From Calditrichia bacterium (GTDB taxonomy: Bacteria; Calditrichota; Calditrichia; JAJRVZ01), in contig CAWCNS010000004.1 in the NCBI GenBank assembly GCA_963796965.1, positions 960,001 to 1,024,000 on the forward strand: DNA of 64,000 bases, read 5' to 3'. The position numbers and the translations under genes were made by a program. Below the pieces are notes generated by a model that saw only the letters and a program-made list of their open reading frames with translations, was not told the DNA's origin and ran no database searches. Below, in pieces: positions 9,475-20,023 of this stretch. The number at the start of each line of letters is the position of its first letter. Positions within the stretch are counted from its first letter, which is position 1.

Positions 9475-11350
9475 ATGAGAAAATTGCAGTTATGGCTCCT
9501 GTCATTCATAATAGTTTTTGCCTTTGTGATGACGGGATGCGAGAAAACCGGAGACCCTGCCAAGTCCAATGCCGCACCTGATACACGGATTCTATCCTAT
9601 TCTATCAGTAGTGTCGCTGAACTGGACACCTCAGGCAATCCGACAAATAATTATTTAACAACCATTTACATCTCCGGAAGTGATATTGACGGCGCTATTA
9701 AAAATTATGAGTATTCGCTTGATCCATCATTTCCTTCAGGATCTACAGGTATTACGCTTCGTCAGACGGTCGAGATTTCTCTCGACTTTACACTATCTTC
9801 TAGCGTATATATGGCCTATATCGAGGGCTATTGACAATTTGGATACTCCTGACCCAACGCCTGCTAAGATTGAGATTAAACGTGATCAGGGAGGTGTTGA
9901 AACAGCCATTGTTAATGGCCCGCCAAATGGTGCAAACGTTTCATCTGGTGTTACTTATGAGGTTAATGCAACCAGCAGTACAGGTACGATTACAAAAATT
10001 CAATACCGGGTGAATGATGGTGACTGGATGACTACAGATGCGGACGAATTGGGTTCTGCATCTGTCCTGATTCAAGGATTACCTTCGGGAACCAATGTCC
10101 TCAGTTTCGCCGGTGAGCGTGATGATGGTCTTGTCGATGCTTCACCAACCACGGTATCATTGGTCGTTCGCGATGCTTTTGCTCCGCTTCTGTCCAGTAA
10201 CAGTCCGGTTGTGGATGGTGGTGGCTGGTTTGAGGGTGTTACACTTACCTTCAGTTGGGAAACGGAAGTCGGTTATTATTACGGCTCCTTACCTCCGGAA
10301 GCCTATTGTTTTGTAGCCGGAGCAGGTCTCGCACCACCAGCCGGTTTTAACCTTGATCCGGAAGAATCTTTCGGCGAAGGCTGGAGTGGAGCTGATACCT
10401 ATGATTACGATCCACCGGTTGGGGCTAACATGTTTTATCTAAAGGTGCGTGATACAGGTGGCGGATGTGATACCCTGCGTATCCGTTTTGGTGCCGCTGC
10501 TCCATCACTCGATCAGGGCATTCTGGTTGTTAATGGCGTTGATCCACCTACCTATGGCTCTCAACTTCAGGATAAAATAACGGCCTCAGCTTATTGGGGT
10601 ACCTTTAATGTTGATTTTTGGGACTTGTTCGGAACTATGGGCACACCGGCCGTGACCCTGCCGGCTTCTGCTAACTATGTAGGTGGTGGTAGCCAGTTGT
10701 CGCCGGATGTGATGGCTAAATACTCAACCATCATTTGGTTGGCTAACGAGTATCTAGGTGATTTTGAACTCTGGCAATTAACCCCATCCTATGCCTATTT
10801 ACAGGCAGGTGGCAATATGATCTTGGCCAGCCGCTATGTGGCAGATTTTATGGGTGATGCTCTAACCGAATATGCTAATATTGGCTGGCGGGACGGTTCT
10901 GCGGCGGGTTCTGGGGCCGGTAGTACGATTATTGAATATGAGCCGGTATATCCGGGTCTGGTCAGTATGGAACCTTTCCTCAGAACTATGACCGCCACAT
11001 CGGTCTGGTCTGGCGGTGGATTTCTTGACTCCACCGACGATGGTACAGTGACGGATTGGGATGGTGTTATCGGTTACTCAAGCGATGTAAATACAACCTT
11101 GATTTTTGCTCATCGCAGCGATGGCTATAACGCAGACTCTCCTTTCGCTTATGTCCGTGGACTTGGTGTATGGAGTCACCCTAAATTCGCTTTTAGTGAT
11201 GTTGCCGCAGGGAATGAATATCCCACAGCAGGAACCGATGAGGCGACAGGTAATTTCATCGTAATAAGTGGAAGACACTATGGTTTTGATGTTACTGCCA
11301 CGTCAACAAATTTTGATTTTATGTTGAAAAATATGTGTGCAGAACAATAA
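9475..11350 (+). CDS. Lipoprotein with Ig-like repeats and C-terminal alpha/beta domain; single +1 frameshift near 9822
   Basis: Lipobox FVMTG-C. ORFs 9475-9834 and 9680-11350 join as ...MAYI-RAIDN... if one base is removed. C-terminal ILVVNG...YSTIIW...YLQAGGNMIL domain. Confidence 0.75.
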
Positions 11351-11380
11351 TAGTTGATGTTAAAAATTGGAGATATAGAT

Positions 11381-12887
11381 ATGGTTAAAAAAACACTTAT
11401 CATTAGCCTGGCTTTGATTGTGCCTCTCCTCTACTTTATGGGCTGTGCTGAAGATGGAAAGCCTGTTGCACCGGAAAACGCTTTATCAATTAAAATAGTT
11501 GCCGGTCCTAGTGGAGAAGTACCATTCAATGCCTATGTAACCTATCAATGGCAGGCTATTGGCGGCTCAGGGGAATATGCGAATTATTCCTATACCCTGA
11601 CCCGCAATGGCGGTGCTTTTAAAGAAGGATCATCATCTTCTGTAAATACGGTAACCTTCAAAGATTTAGATGTAGGTGATTATGTCTTTACGGTTACGGT
11701 AACGGATAGCAAAAATGCTACAGCGGGTTCAACACCGCTGACCATTAACGTTACCAGCAGCACGGCTGTTCCGGTTGTTGCTATTACACAGAGTCCCCTG
11801 GAAGGTTCAGAAGTTGCGGAGCTCAAGCCGGTTACATTTGCCTGGATGGGAGATGATCCTGAAGCGGAATTTGGTGTTGTCACTGGATATACATTTAAAC
11901 TCATGCGTGATACCACTGTTGTAGGTGGATACGGATGAACAAACATATGTAAAAACAATCACTTATGATCAATTACCACAGGGTGATTATATGTTTGTTG
12001 TAACCGCCTGGAATAACGCCAATCTATCTGCGTCTGATTCTACAAATTTCACGGTTATTCCTGCAAATCTCCTCTGGGTTGATGACAATGATCTGGGGAG
12101 CATTCCGGCAGAATTTACGGAATATCAGGAAAAGGTTATCCAACTTGACGGATTTGCCTGGAATGAGTTCGATATTGTGGAAAATTTAACTGGAGATGGT
12201 TCCACTATACCTTTATTGAGGACCATTCTTAATGATCCCAGTAGTACTGTTGAGACTGTTATCTGGGATGCAAATCTTACATGGGGACCGTTTGAACTTT
12301 GGTATGCGACTGGTGACGCAGATTTTGCGCCATCCGTACTTGCCGATTTTATAGATAATGGTGGAAATCTGGTCCTGATTGGTAATGAATTTCAGGATAT
12401 GATCCAGAATACCCTTCCCCCTTCAGAAGGTGATTGGGAAAATGTTTATCAGGGAATCTCGACAGAAGAGTTAATGACTGTAACGTCCGATACAACTGAT
12501 ACGCTAATCGTTGATCCGGATACTGGTATCGAAGTTCCTGGTATTATAGTCACATTTGACACAACTTACACAGATCCCTGGGAATATTATGGTACAGACT
12601 ACTCCGGTGCTGCTCCAATGACTGGTGTGAATGGCTATCCCAATATCAGTGTTGACATTGGTAAGATAGATCCGAATGAAGAGGCTGCTTTTACTTACTA
12701 TAATATTTCTCCAGATGTAAAGGTGATACATGTAGATGCTAATGAAACAATCGTCAGTTACGTTTATCAGCCTGAAGGAGATACCCGAGGTAAAGTAGTT
12801 ACAATTGGTTTGCCGATGTATTTTGCACCAACTCAGGAATATAAGGATACGATTCAAAAAATCCTTAAAGAAGAGTTTGGCATGTAA
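11381..12887 (+). CDS. Lipoprotein with PKD/Ig-like domains and C-terminal alpha/beta domain; single +1 frameshift near 11924
   Basis: Start ATG 11381 after GGAG; lipobox YFMG-C; GDYVFTVTVTD and GDYMFVVTAWN Ig motifs; LLWVDDN...FIDNGGNLVLIG resembles the preceding gene. The two ORFs overlap in adjacent frames. Confidence 0.75.
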
Positions 12888-12905
12888 TCAGCTGTTGATT
12901 CAGAG

Positions 12906-12936
12906 AAAGGCCGTCATTTTGACGGCCTTTTTTTTT
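12906..12936 (+). terminator. Rho-independent terminator ending the TonB/PorV operon
   Basis: AAAGGCCGTCA-TTT-TGACGGCCTTT followed by a T run. Confidence 0.9.
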
Positions 12937-13518
12937 GTCAAATTTGAAATTTTCGAATCACGTAGCGATACCGCTATATCGAGCGCAGACGCAAAAATAT
13001 TAAGATTTAAAATCTTATTTTACAGACTAAAGCATGATTTATAGGCTTTCAATCGAAATTAAAACATAAGTACAAATGATCTGTTTCTTTGAATGTCCCT
13101 AAGGGGCCTTCTTTGTGCGCTTTATGTTATATCATTTATATTTGCACTAACGCCGCAAAGGGATTCGATTGTGGTCTCCAAAATAGTTTATATATAAGTA
13201 TCTTTTAATTTGTTACTATCTAAGTAATACATCTTCAATTTAATCTTATAAAAACATTATTCTTCATATACTATGCATGCATTAGAATTAAATTCAATTT
13301 TACCATTCGATTCTTCATAACTTTGGTTTTGTGTACATCCTGAATTCTGATAACTGACCAATGTCAGTCATAGGCAGGTTCTATAATTTCTAAAAACTGA
13401 TTTATTTAAATTAATTTCACAATTTTAAAATCGAACTCGTCGTAGTTGGCGCTGCGCTGAGATAAATTCCAAAAGCGAAATGTTACTTTACATGATTAAG
13501 AATTGAATATCAACCACG

Positions 13519-16486
13519 ATGATTCCAGAAAATAAAGCGCATAAACTACATATATATATCCTTGTCATTATTTTTCTTTTCCGGTATTGCCGGATTGGCC
13601 TACCAGGTAATTTGGGTAAAATTTTTATCTCAGATATTTGGTCATACGATCTATGCTGTTAGCACAGTTGTGGCAGCGTTTATGGCAGGAATGGCAATAG
13701 GTAGCCTCACATTAGGCCGCTTCGCTGACCGTGTCAAATCCCCCTTAAAACTTTATGCATTCCTTGAACTGGGAATTGGCGTTTATGCAATTTTCTTTCT
13801 TTTACTGTTTTCATTTTTAAATGACGTATATGCCGGGATATTTTCTTTCCTGGATCTGCAATATTCTACTTTTTCTTTTGGACGTATCCTCTATGCATTC
13901 GTCCTATTGATCATTCCTACAGCGCTAATCGGTGGGACATTCCCGGTAATTTCGAAATATTATATACGGGATTTGGGGCAAATAAGAAATAGACTGGGGG
14001 TATTATATGCCAGTAATACATTTGGGGCTGTGGTTGGGGCTTTGTTGACAGGATTTATACTGCTTGAGTGGTTGGGCATTTCTGCTACACTTTATTTGAT
14101 GGTTTGCATTAATATTATTCTTGCCCTTATTGCTCTATTACTTTCCAGGGGAGAATCGTATGATATTACCAGGCAAGAAGAATCAATTGCCGTAAAGAAA
14201 ATCAATTTTATTCTGATTATTTATGCTATCAGTGGATTTGTTTCTTTATCCCTTGAAGTTTTGTGGACAAGAGAGTTGGCCATTGTATTTTTATCTTCTA
14301 CTTATAGTTTTTCTACTGTATTGGTTACTTTTCTCATTGGTTTGGGTGCGGGCAGTTTGTTTTTTCGATGGAAAAAAAATGTAAAAAATCCAATTCAATT
14401 ATTCTATAGAATTGAATTTGGCATTGCTATATTGGCTCTTTCATCTATACCGATGCTGCGTTTATTTCCCCAGGAACTTTATATTGATTCAGTTATGACG
14501 AATGCCCTAACCTGGCAAATCGAACTGTTCTTAAATTTCGGTATCGCTTTTCTAATTTTGATTCTCCCAACCTTTCTTATGGGCGCCGCCTTCCCTCTGG
14601 TTTGCTCCATATATGTAAATTCAGTTGAAAAGATTGGGAACGACATTGGTTCGGTTTATGCCTATAATACAATGGGTGCTATCTTTGGTTCATTAATTGC
14701 TGGTTTTGTGCTAATCCCTGTGTTTGGAGTACTAACCTCAATTATCATCATTAGTTGCCTATCTTTTGGTATCGTTTTAGCCTTACTATTAAAATATCAG
14801 TCATTTAAAAAGAACCGCCTGGAATTTAGTGTAATGACGGGTATCTTTGCTGTATTATTTTTGACGATAATCTATAATGGAGGAAATTTTCGTCCACTTC
14901 CCACCGGAATGAAAGTGCTTTATTCAAAGGAAGATATCAGTGCAGAGGTGAAAGTTCTTGAAGATGAAAAGGGTGATAGGTCCCTGTATATAAATGAAAA
15001 GCAACAGGGTGGAACACGGGTCGCTCAAACGGAGCGATGGACAGGACAAGTACCGCTTGTTTTTCACCAGAATCCGGATTCTGTTCTTCTTATTGGATTA
15101 GGGACAGGTGTTACACTTAATGCAGTCGCTGAAGGTCCTGTAGAGCATATTACATGTGTGGATTTAATTGGATCTCTTGTAGAAACAGCTGAACAGTTTG
15201 AATCCATTAATGGAGGAATTTTAAAGAATGAACAAAAAGTCTCGTTTATTGAAGCGGATGGTATAAATTATCTCAGTCTTACCCGGAATAAATTTGACCT
15301 TGTTATATGTGATATTGTTCATCCGGATGATGCAGGCGCGGGGGATCTGTTTTCTCTTGAATTTTACAAGAGCTGCAAAACCGGTTTAAAAGATGAAGGG
15401 TTATTTGTTCAATGGATACTTCTAGATCAGCTTGCTCCTGATGACTTAAAAACTATTTTGGCTACCTTTTATTATGTGTTCCCTAATATGCAACTATACT
15501 TGGGACAGGAACAAAATAAATATCAAAAATTAATGTTATTGGGTTCCGCTAATAGTGTAAAAGTGAATTTTGAGAAGATCAGTGAAAATCTAAAAAAATT
15601 ACCTTTCACAGAAGAATTCTATGGAAAGGACGATCCTTATTCATTTTTGTCATATTTCATAAACACGGGAAAATCATTGGAGTTTCGTCTTCATTCAATC
15701 CCTATTAATACACGAGATCATCCAATTATTGAGTATAAATCTCCAAAACATCGCTGGATACCCGGGAAAAGTGTTCGAAATTTAGTCTATCTGAACGGTT
15801 TACGTGAATCTATATCTAACCAAGACTGGTTGGAAGGTGGCGTAATCTCAGAATATAATACTTATTTTAATACCAGGACATTATTAATAAATGGGAGATT
15901 ACAGGAATATACACTAAAATATGGTGCAGCTGACACATCATTTTCTGAAGCGGCTTTAAAAGATGTGGACACCTTATTAGTTTCCCATTTGTTAGAAAAT
16001 ATAGCCTGGAAATTTATCGAAGTGAACCAATTAGATAAGGCAGTCATTGCATTCAAAAAATCAATTGCGGTAAACAATTACAATACCAAAGCCAGCTATG
16101 CCCTTGCAGTCCTTCTGGAAAATATGAAGAATGAAGAAGAGGCCATTGAATTTTACCGTTATACGGCACATTATGATTCCAGAGATTATAATGCTGAAAG
16201 ACGCCTCGGCGATATATACAGCCGAAGAAAGGACTTTGAAACTGCCCTTAATTATTACCGTATGTCCTTGAGTAAAAATACGGATCAACCTCTTTTATTC
16301 TACATTCTTGGACAAATCTATTATAATTATAAAAATGACTATGTGAGAGCATTAGAATATTATAGAAAAAGTCTTGATTTAGAACCCTTTCATAAATATT
16401 CCCAACTTGCCGGGGAAGCAATAAAGCAGATAGAGAGAAATATTCAATCCAGTCGCGAACAAGCAAAAAAACCAATTCATCAATAA
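13519..16486 (+). CDS. Fused membrane (MFS-like) / spermidine-synthase-like SAM-dependent domain with C-terminal TPRs; likely +1 frameshift near 13561
   Basis: SGIAGLAYQVIW and YASNTFGAVVG repeated membrane halves; LLIGLGTGVT SAM motif; FDLVICD; TPR tail. ATG 13519 (MIPENKAHKLHIYI) is one base out of frame with ORF 13562. Confidence 0.85.
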
Positions 16487-16501
16487 GATCTATCTTTTTG
16501 C

Positions 16502-16530
16502 TTGACATTAAACTACCGTGCATCTATATT
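16502..16530 (+). promoter_or_regulatory. Candidate sigma70 promoter
   Basis: TTGACA-17 nt-TATATT, oriented toward the IS remnant and tRNA-Gly. Confidence 0.55.
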
Positions 16531-16573
16531 TTTTAGATATGATTTAAAACGGATGGGGTATGTTAATTATTTA

Positions 16574-16850
16574 AATGCCCCAAAGGGGCAATAGCAAAAA
16601 CATAGGACAACGCCCTATGAAAAGAACTATATTATAAATTAGCCCTGAATGGGCGAAAGCAAAAGAAATATTACGTTACAGTCATTATCAAAGTAAATGT
16701 ACAAATATAATTAGTACCAAAAATATATAAATCCTCAATGATAAACGCTATATTGCGGATTAGGCTTACGCCCCTTCAGGGCTTAGATTTTTATTGTTGC
16801 AAATTCACAGGGCGTTGCCCCGTGTTATTGTTTATGCCCTTTCAGGGCAA
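16574..16850 (+). mobile_element. Internally deleted non-autonomous IS200-like element with inverted triple-hairpin ends
   Basis: The left end matches 121-205. The right end (16769-16849) is its inverted copy. Between them lie relics of the TnpA start (QSLSK...STK) and a TnpA-like end (DKRYIAD*). Confidence 0.75.
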
Positions 16851-16988
16851 TGAACGATAAAATAATGTGGCAGTATAGAGGGTAAATAACAGACGCAGAA
16901 GCATGTTCCCGCAAAGACTTATTATTAAAAGATTTAGGTGAATGTTCTGTAATTTGAATCAAGATAAATCTCTTTTCTAAAAATTTTT

Positions 16989-17015
16989 TCTCTGCGTCTT
17001 TGCATCTCTGCGAGA
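16989..17015. repeat. Nonamer-type repeat arm TCTCTGCGTCTTTGCATCTCTGCGAGA
   Basis: Same family as the arms at 42769-42900 and at positions 1-20. Confidence 0.6.
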
Positions 17016-17052
17016 GATATTTAGAATAGATCAGGTTGAAAAATCAATTAAA

Positions 17053-17127
<75 letters not shown>

Positions 17128-17214
17128 CTCAGCGCACGTGGTTACAGCGAAAAACCTGAACGTTGTAAAGCAATGAGGGATGAAGTTTATTCTGGAGTAA
17201 GATTTGAGAATCTT

Positions 17215-17255
17215 GATACGAGATACGAGATACGAGATACGGGATACGGGATAGG
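17215..17255. repeat. Heptamer tandem repeat (GATACGA/GATACGG)n
   Basis: Read directly. A reverse-complement family member (GTATCCC)n occurs at about 18626-18655 and a degenerate copy near 37800. Confidence 0.85.
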
Positions 17256-17314
17256 GGAGAACGAAATCAATCAGTTAGAAAAGACTTGACAATCATGAAG
17301 GAAACACAGAACTT

Positions 17315-17370
17315 CAATTACCAATTACCAATTACCAATTACCAATTACCAATTACCAATTACCAATTAC
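17315..17370. repeat. Perfect heptamer microsatellite (CAATTAC)x8
   Basis: Eight exact copies counted. Confidence 0.97.
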
Positions 17371-17673
17371 CAATATTTTACCTTATTTAGCAAGAATTAT
17401 TAACTTACCATCAATATAGATTTATTTATCGGAGAATATTTTAAAGTAAAGATAAACAATTCCGATACTTTGGTAAGACGTCACATTAATTTATATGGTA
17501 TTATAACTTTAAAATTGTTCTAAATCACGTCCAACTGTAGATACAGATCACTTAATTGAGAAAAAAAATTCACCAGGTGATACGAGTCACAGAATATTAG
17601 CCTTTCTATCAGTTAATTAGTCTACAAAACGGCAAAAATTTAATCATAATTCTCAATTTTAATGGAGGCCGGT

Positions 17674-18504
17674 ATGAAATCGATGTTATTTACTTCTATA
17701 ATAGTTCTGTTTTTAGCATTAACGCTAAACGCACAGTTGTATCAACAGGTAGGTGCATCAGGAGCTATTAATTGGCAGGATCAGATAATTCGCTCCACAG
17801 GTATTGGAGCACCAAATCCCAAAATGCCGCTGGCAGCACAGAGGGCTGGGGCAATCGAAGCTGCTAAAAGAATTGCATTAAGAAATCTTTTAGAAACAGT
17901 TAAGGGGATGGCTATTAACTCAGAAACGACGGTTGAAAATGCCATGATAGCCAGCGATGTCATCAATACACAGGTTTCAGGGATTGTACGAAATTTCAAA
18001 GTTGTAGATACCCGTTATATGAGTACAGGTGATGTTGAAGTAGACGTGGAAATCCCTCTCAGTGGGGTATTGTTTGATGCTTTGATGCCGCAACAGGTCT
18101 CTGGTCCAATGATGCCAGGTCAGAATTTTCCCATTGACCAATCCTTTCTTCCTCAACAATCGGGCGTCTTCACAGGATTAATTATCGATGCCCGCGGTAC
18201 CGGTTTGAGGCCAGCCATGGCTGCAAGAATCATTGATGAGCAGGGCAATGAGGTGTATGGTAGTGGATATGTTAGCCGTGACTACGCAGTCCAGATAGGT
18301 GTGGTAGGATATGAAAAAGATATCAACCGGGCCAGGACTGATGATCGGGTAAAGGATAATCCGATGGTCGTTAAAGGTATGAAGGCCAGCGGGACAAACC
18401 GTACTGATATCGTAATAAGTAATGCCGATGCCCAGCGTGTACTTGCTGCGGCGAAAAACATGAACTTTATGGAACAATGTAAAGTGATGTTTATTCTTGA
18501 GTAA
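17674..18504 (+). CDS. Secreted LPP20-like domain protein
   Basis: ATG 17674 after GGAGG; signal peptide; A..RAGAIEAAKRIALRNLLETVKG..INSETTV LPP20-like motif; C-terminal TGLIIDARG domain. Confidence 0.7.
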   Translation: MKSMLFTSIIVLFLALTLNAQLYQQVGASGAINWQDQIIRSTGIGAPNPKMPLAAQRAGAIEAAKRIALRNLLETVKGMAINSETTVENAMIASDVINTQVSGIVRNFKVVDTRYMSTGDVEVDVEIPLSGVLFDALMPQQVSGPMMPGQNFPIDQSFLPQQSGVFTGLIIDARGTGLRPAMAARIIDEQGNEVYGSGYVSRDYAVQIGVVGYEKDINRARTDDRVKDNPMVVKGMKASGTNRTDIVISNADAQRVLAAAKNMNFMEQCKVMFILE

Positions 18505-18506
18505 GA

Positions 18507-18660
18507 TCTGAGATTCTCGATAATCGAAGCTCGATTCCGGATTCTTGATGTGAGATTTGGGATATGCTATTTTGTACGAGGAATTTAAAGAAGATTTGAC
18601 TGACATAAGGATTGGACACAACTTTTGTATCCCGTATCCCGTATCCCGTATCGAGAATCA
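18507..18660. repeat. Degenerate heptamer inverted-repeat pair
   Basis: GATTCTCGAT...GATTTGGGAT arm followed by a GTATCCCGTATCCCGTATCCCGTATCGAGAATC arm. Confidence 0.6.
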
Positions 18661-18714
18661 TTTACATCTTTTGAACAAAAGTTATAGATAAAACAAATTG
18701 TGGAGGGTAGTTCC

Positions 18715-19875
18715 ATGTCAAGAACATTAATAATATTAAGCCTTGTTGCCGGGATTGTTTTTTTGAACAGTTGTGGAGGGCCGAAAGAACGAGATGCCGA
18801 ATCGGTTTTAGATACGCCGGAATACCATTATGATCAGGGAAAGAAGTATCTTGAAAAAGATGATTTGACTAATGCTCTTAGAGAATTTAATGAAGCAAAA
18901 AGTCTAAAAGCTAATTTTGCACCTGCTTATGAGGGCATTGCTCTCGTTGATATCGAGCAAAAGAACTATGAATCAGCTGAAAATAATATCGATAAAGCGC
19001 TTAGCGAGGACGGCGCGTGGGTGCCGGCAATGGTCGCTCAGGGCAGACTTTTATCGGCTAAGGGTGAATATGAAGATGCCATTAGTGAATTCGAAGATGC
19101 CCTCGATGAAATTGATGACTCAAAATCTAAATTCAATAAAAAAGAAGTTCGCATGGATGGCTTGTATCATATGGGTGTAGCCTACAAGGATTGGGGACAA
19201 TATATTAATGCTCAAACCACCTTCCAGAAAATACTCGTCATTGATAATACAAATATCAAAGCAAGCGCAGCGATTAAAGAATTAGCTGAATATCAGGCTG
19301 CTGTCGCCGGACAAAGCCCGGAACTGAAAAAAATTGCCAAACAAAAAGAAGTGACCAGGGCAGATGTCGCCGTGCTGTTCGTTACTGAACTTCCTTTGGA
19401 AAAGATTTTCCGGAAATCAAAACGACAAGATGCCATTGGATTTCAATCCCCTGACGGCGGTGTTATGGGCAAAAAGGAAGAAAAGGCAGCAGGTCCTGAA
19501 CCAATTGCGACGGATGTACCTGATACTTATTGGGCCAGATCATTTATTGAGCAAGCTCTGACCACAGGGATTATTGAAAAGTATCCTGATGGAAGTTTTC
19601 AACCCGACAAGAAGGTAAATCGTGCGGAGTTTGCTGTTTTGATTCAACAATTTCTTGTAAAAGCTTATGATGACAAAGGATTAGAAACGGAATATTTTGG
19701 CAGTAAATCAACTTATGCAGATGTATTAAATACATCACCAATCTTCAATGCAATAATGCTTGTCTCATCGCGTGGTATTATGACAGGGTTTGATGATGGG
19801 ACTTTTCGTCCTCTTGGAGCCGTATCTGGGGCGGAAGCATTAAACATCATTCGCAATATGAAAGCGAAATTCTAG
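18715..19875 (+). CDS. Lipoprotein with TPR repeats and C-terminal SLH (S-layer homology) domains
   Basis: Lipobox FLNS-C; TPR helices; DVPDTYWA..GII..YPDGSFQPDKKVNRAEFA and GIMTGFDDGTFRP SLH motifs. Confidence 0.88.
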   Translation: MSRTLIILSLVAGIVFLNSCGGPKERDAESVLDTPEYHYDQGKKYLEKDDLTNALREFNEAKSLKANFAPAYEGIALVDIEQKNYESAENNIDKALSEDGAWVPAMVAQGRLLSAKGEYEDAISEFEDALDEIDDSKSKFNKKEVRMDGLYHMGVAYKDWGQYINAQTTFQKILVIDNTNIKASAAIKELAEYQAAVAGQSPELKKIAKQKEVTRADVAVLFVTELPLEKIFRKSKRQDAIGFQSPDGGVMGKKEEKAAGPEPIATDVPDTYWARSFIEQALTTGIIEKYPDGSFQPDKKVNRAEFAVLIQQFLVKAYDDKGLETEYFGSKSTYADVLNTSPIFNAIMLVSSRGIMTGFDDGTFRPLGAVSGAEALNIIRNMKAKF

Positions 19876-19879
19876 GCTT

Positions 19880-20003
19880 GAAAAGTGAAAATTGAAGATT
19901 GAAGGTTGAAGATTATTAAGGAATTCAATTAATCAAAATCGTTTGTTTAATAGTTATGCGTCTATAATTTTCAATTTAAAATCTTCAATATTCAATTTAA
20001 ATT
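19880..20003. repeat. Heptamer inverted-repeat pair (ATTGAAG / CTTCAAT type)
   Basis: AAAATTGAAGATTGAAGGTTGAAGATT versus ATTTTCAATTTAAAATCTTCAATATTCAATTT. Confidence 0.7.
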
Positions 20004-20023
20004 ATCAGTAATAGGAATAAAAT

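Noticed and set aside
9800..11940. Programmed ribosomal frameshifting in the two lipoprotein genes
   Set aside because: No slippery heptamer or stimulatory structure at either junction, and the same +1 pattern occurs in unrelated genes.
3643..12887. Classical SusC/SusD polysaccharide utilisation locus
   Set aside because: No SusD-like lipoprotein follows the receptor, and there is no recognisable glycoside hydrolase.
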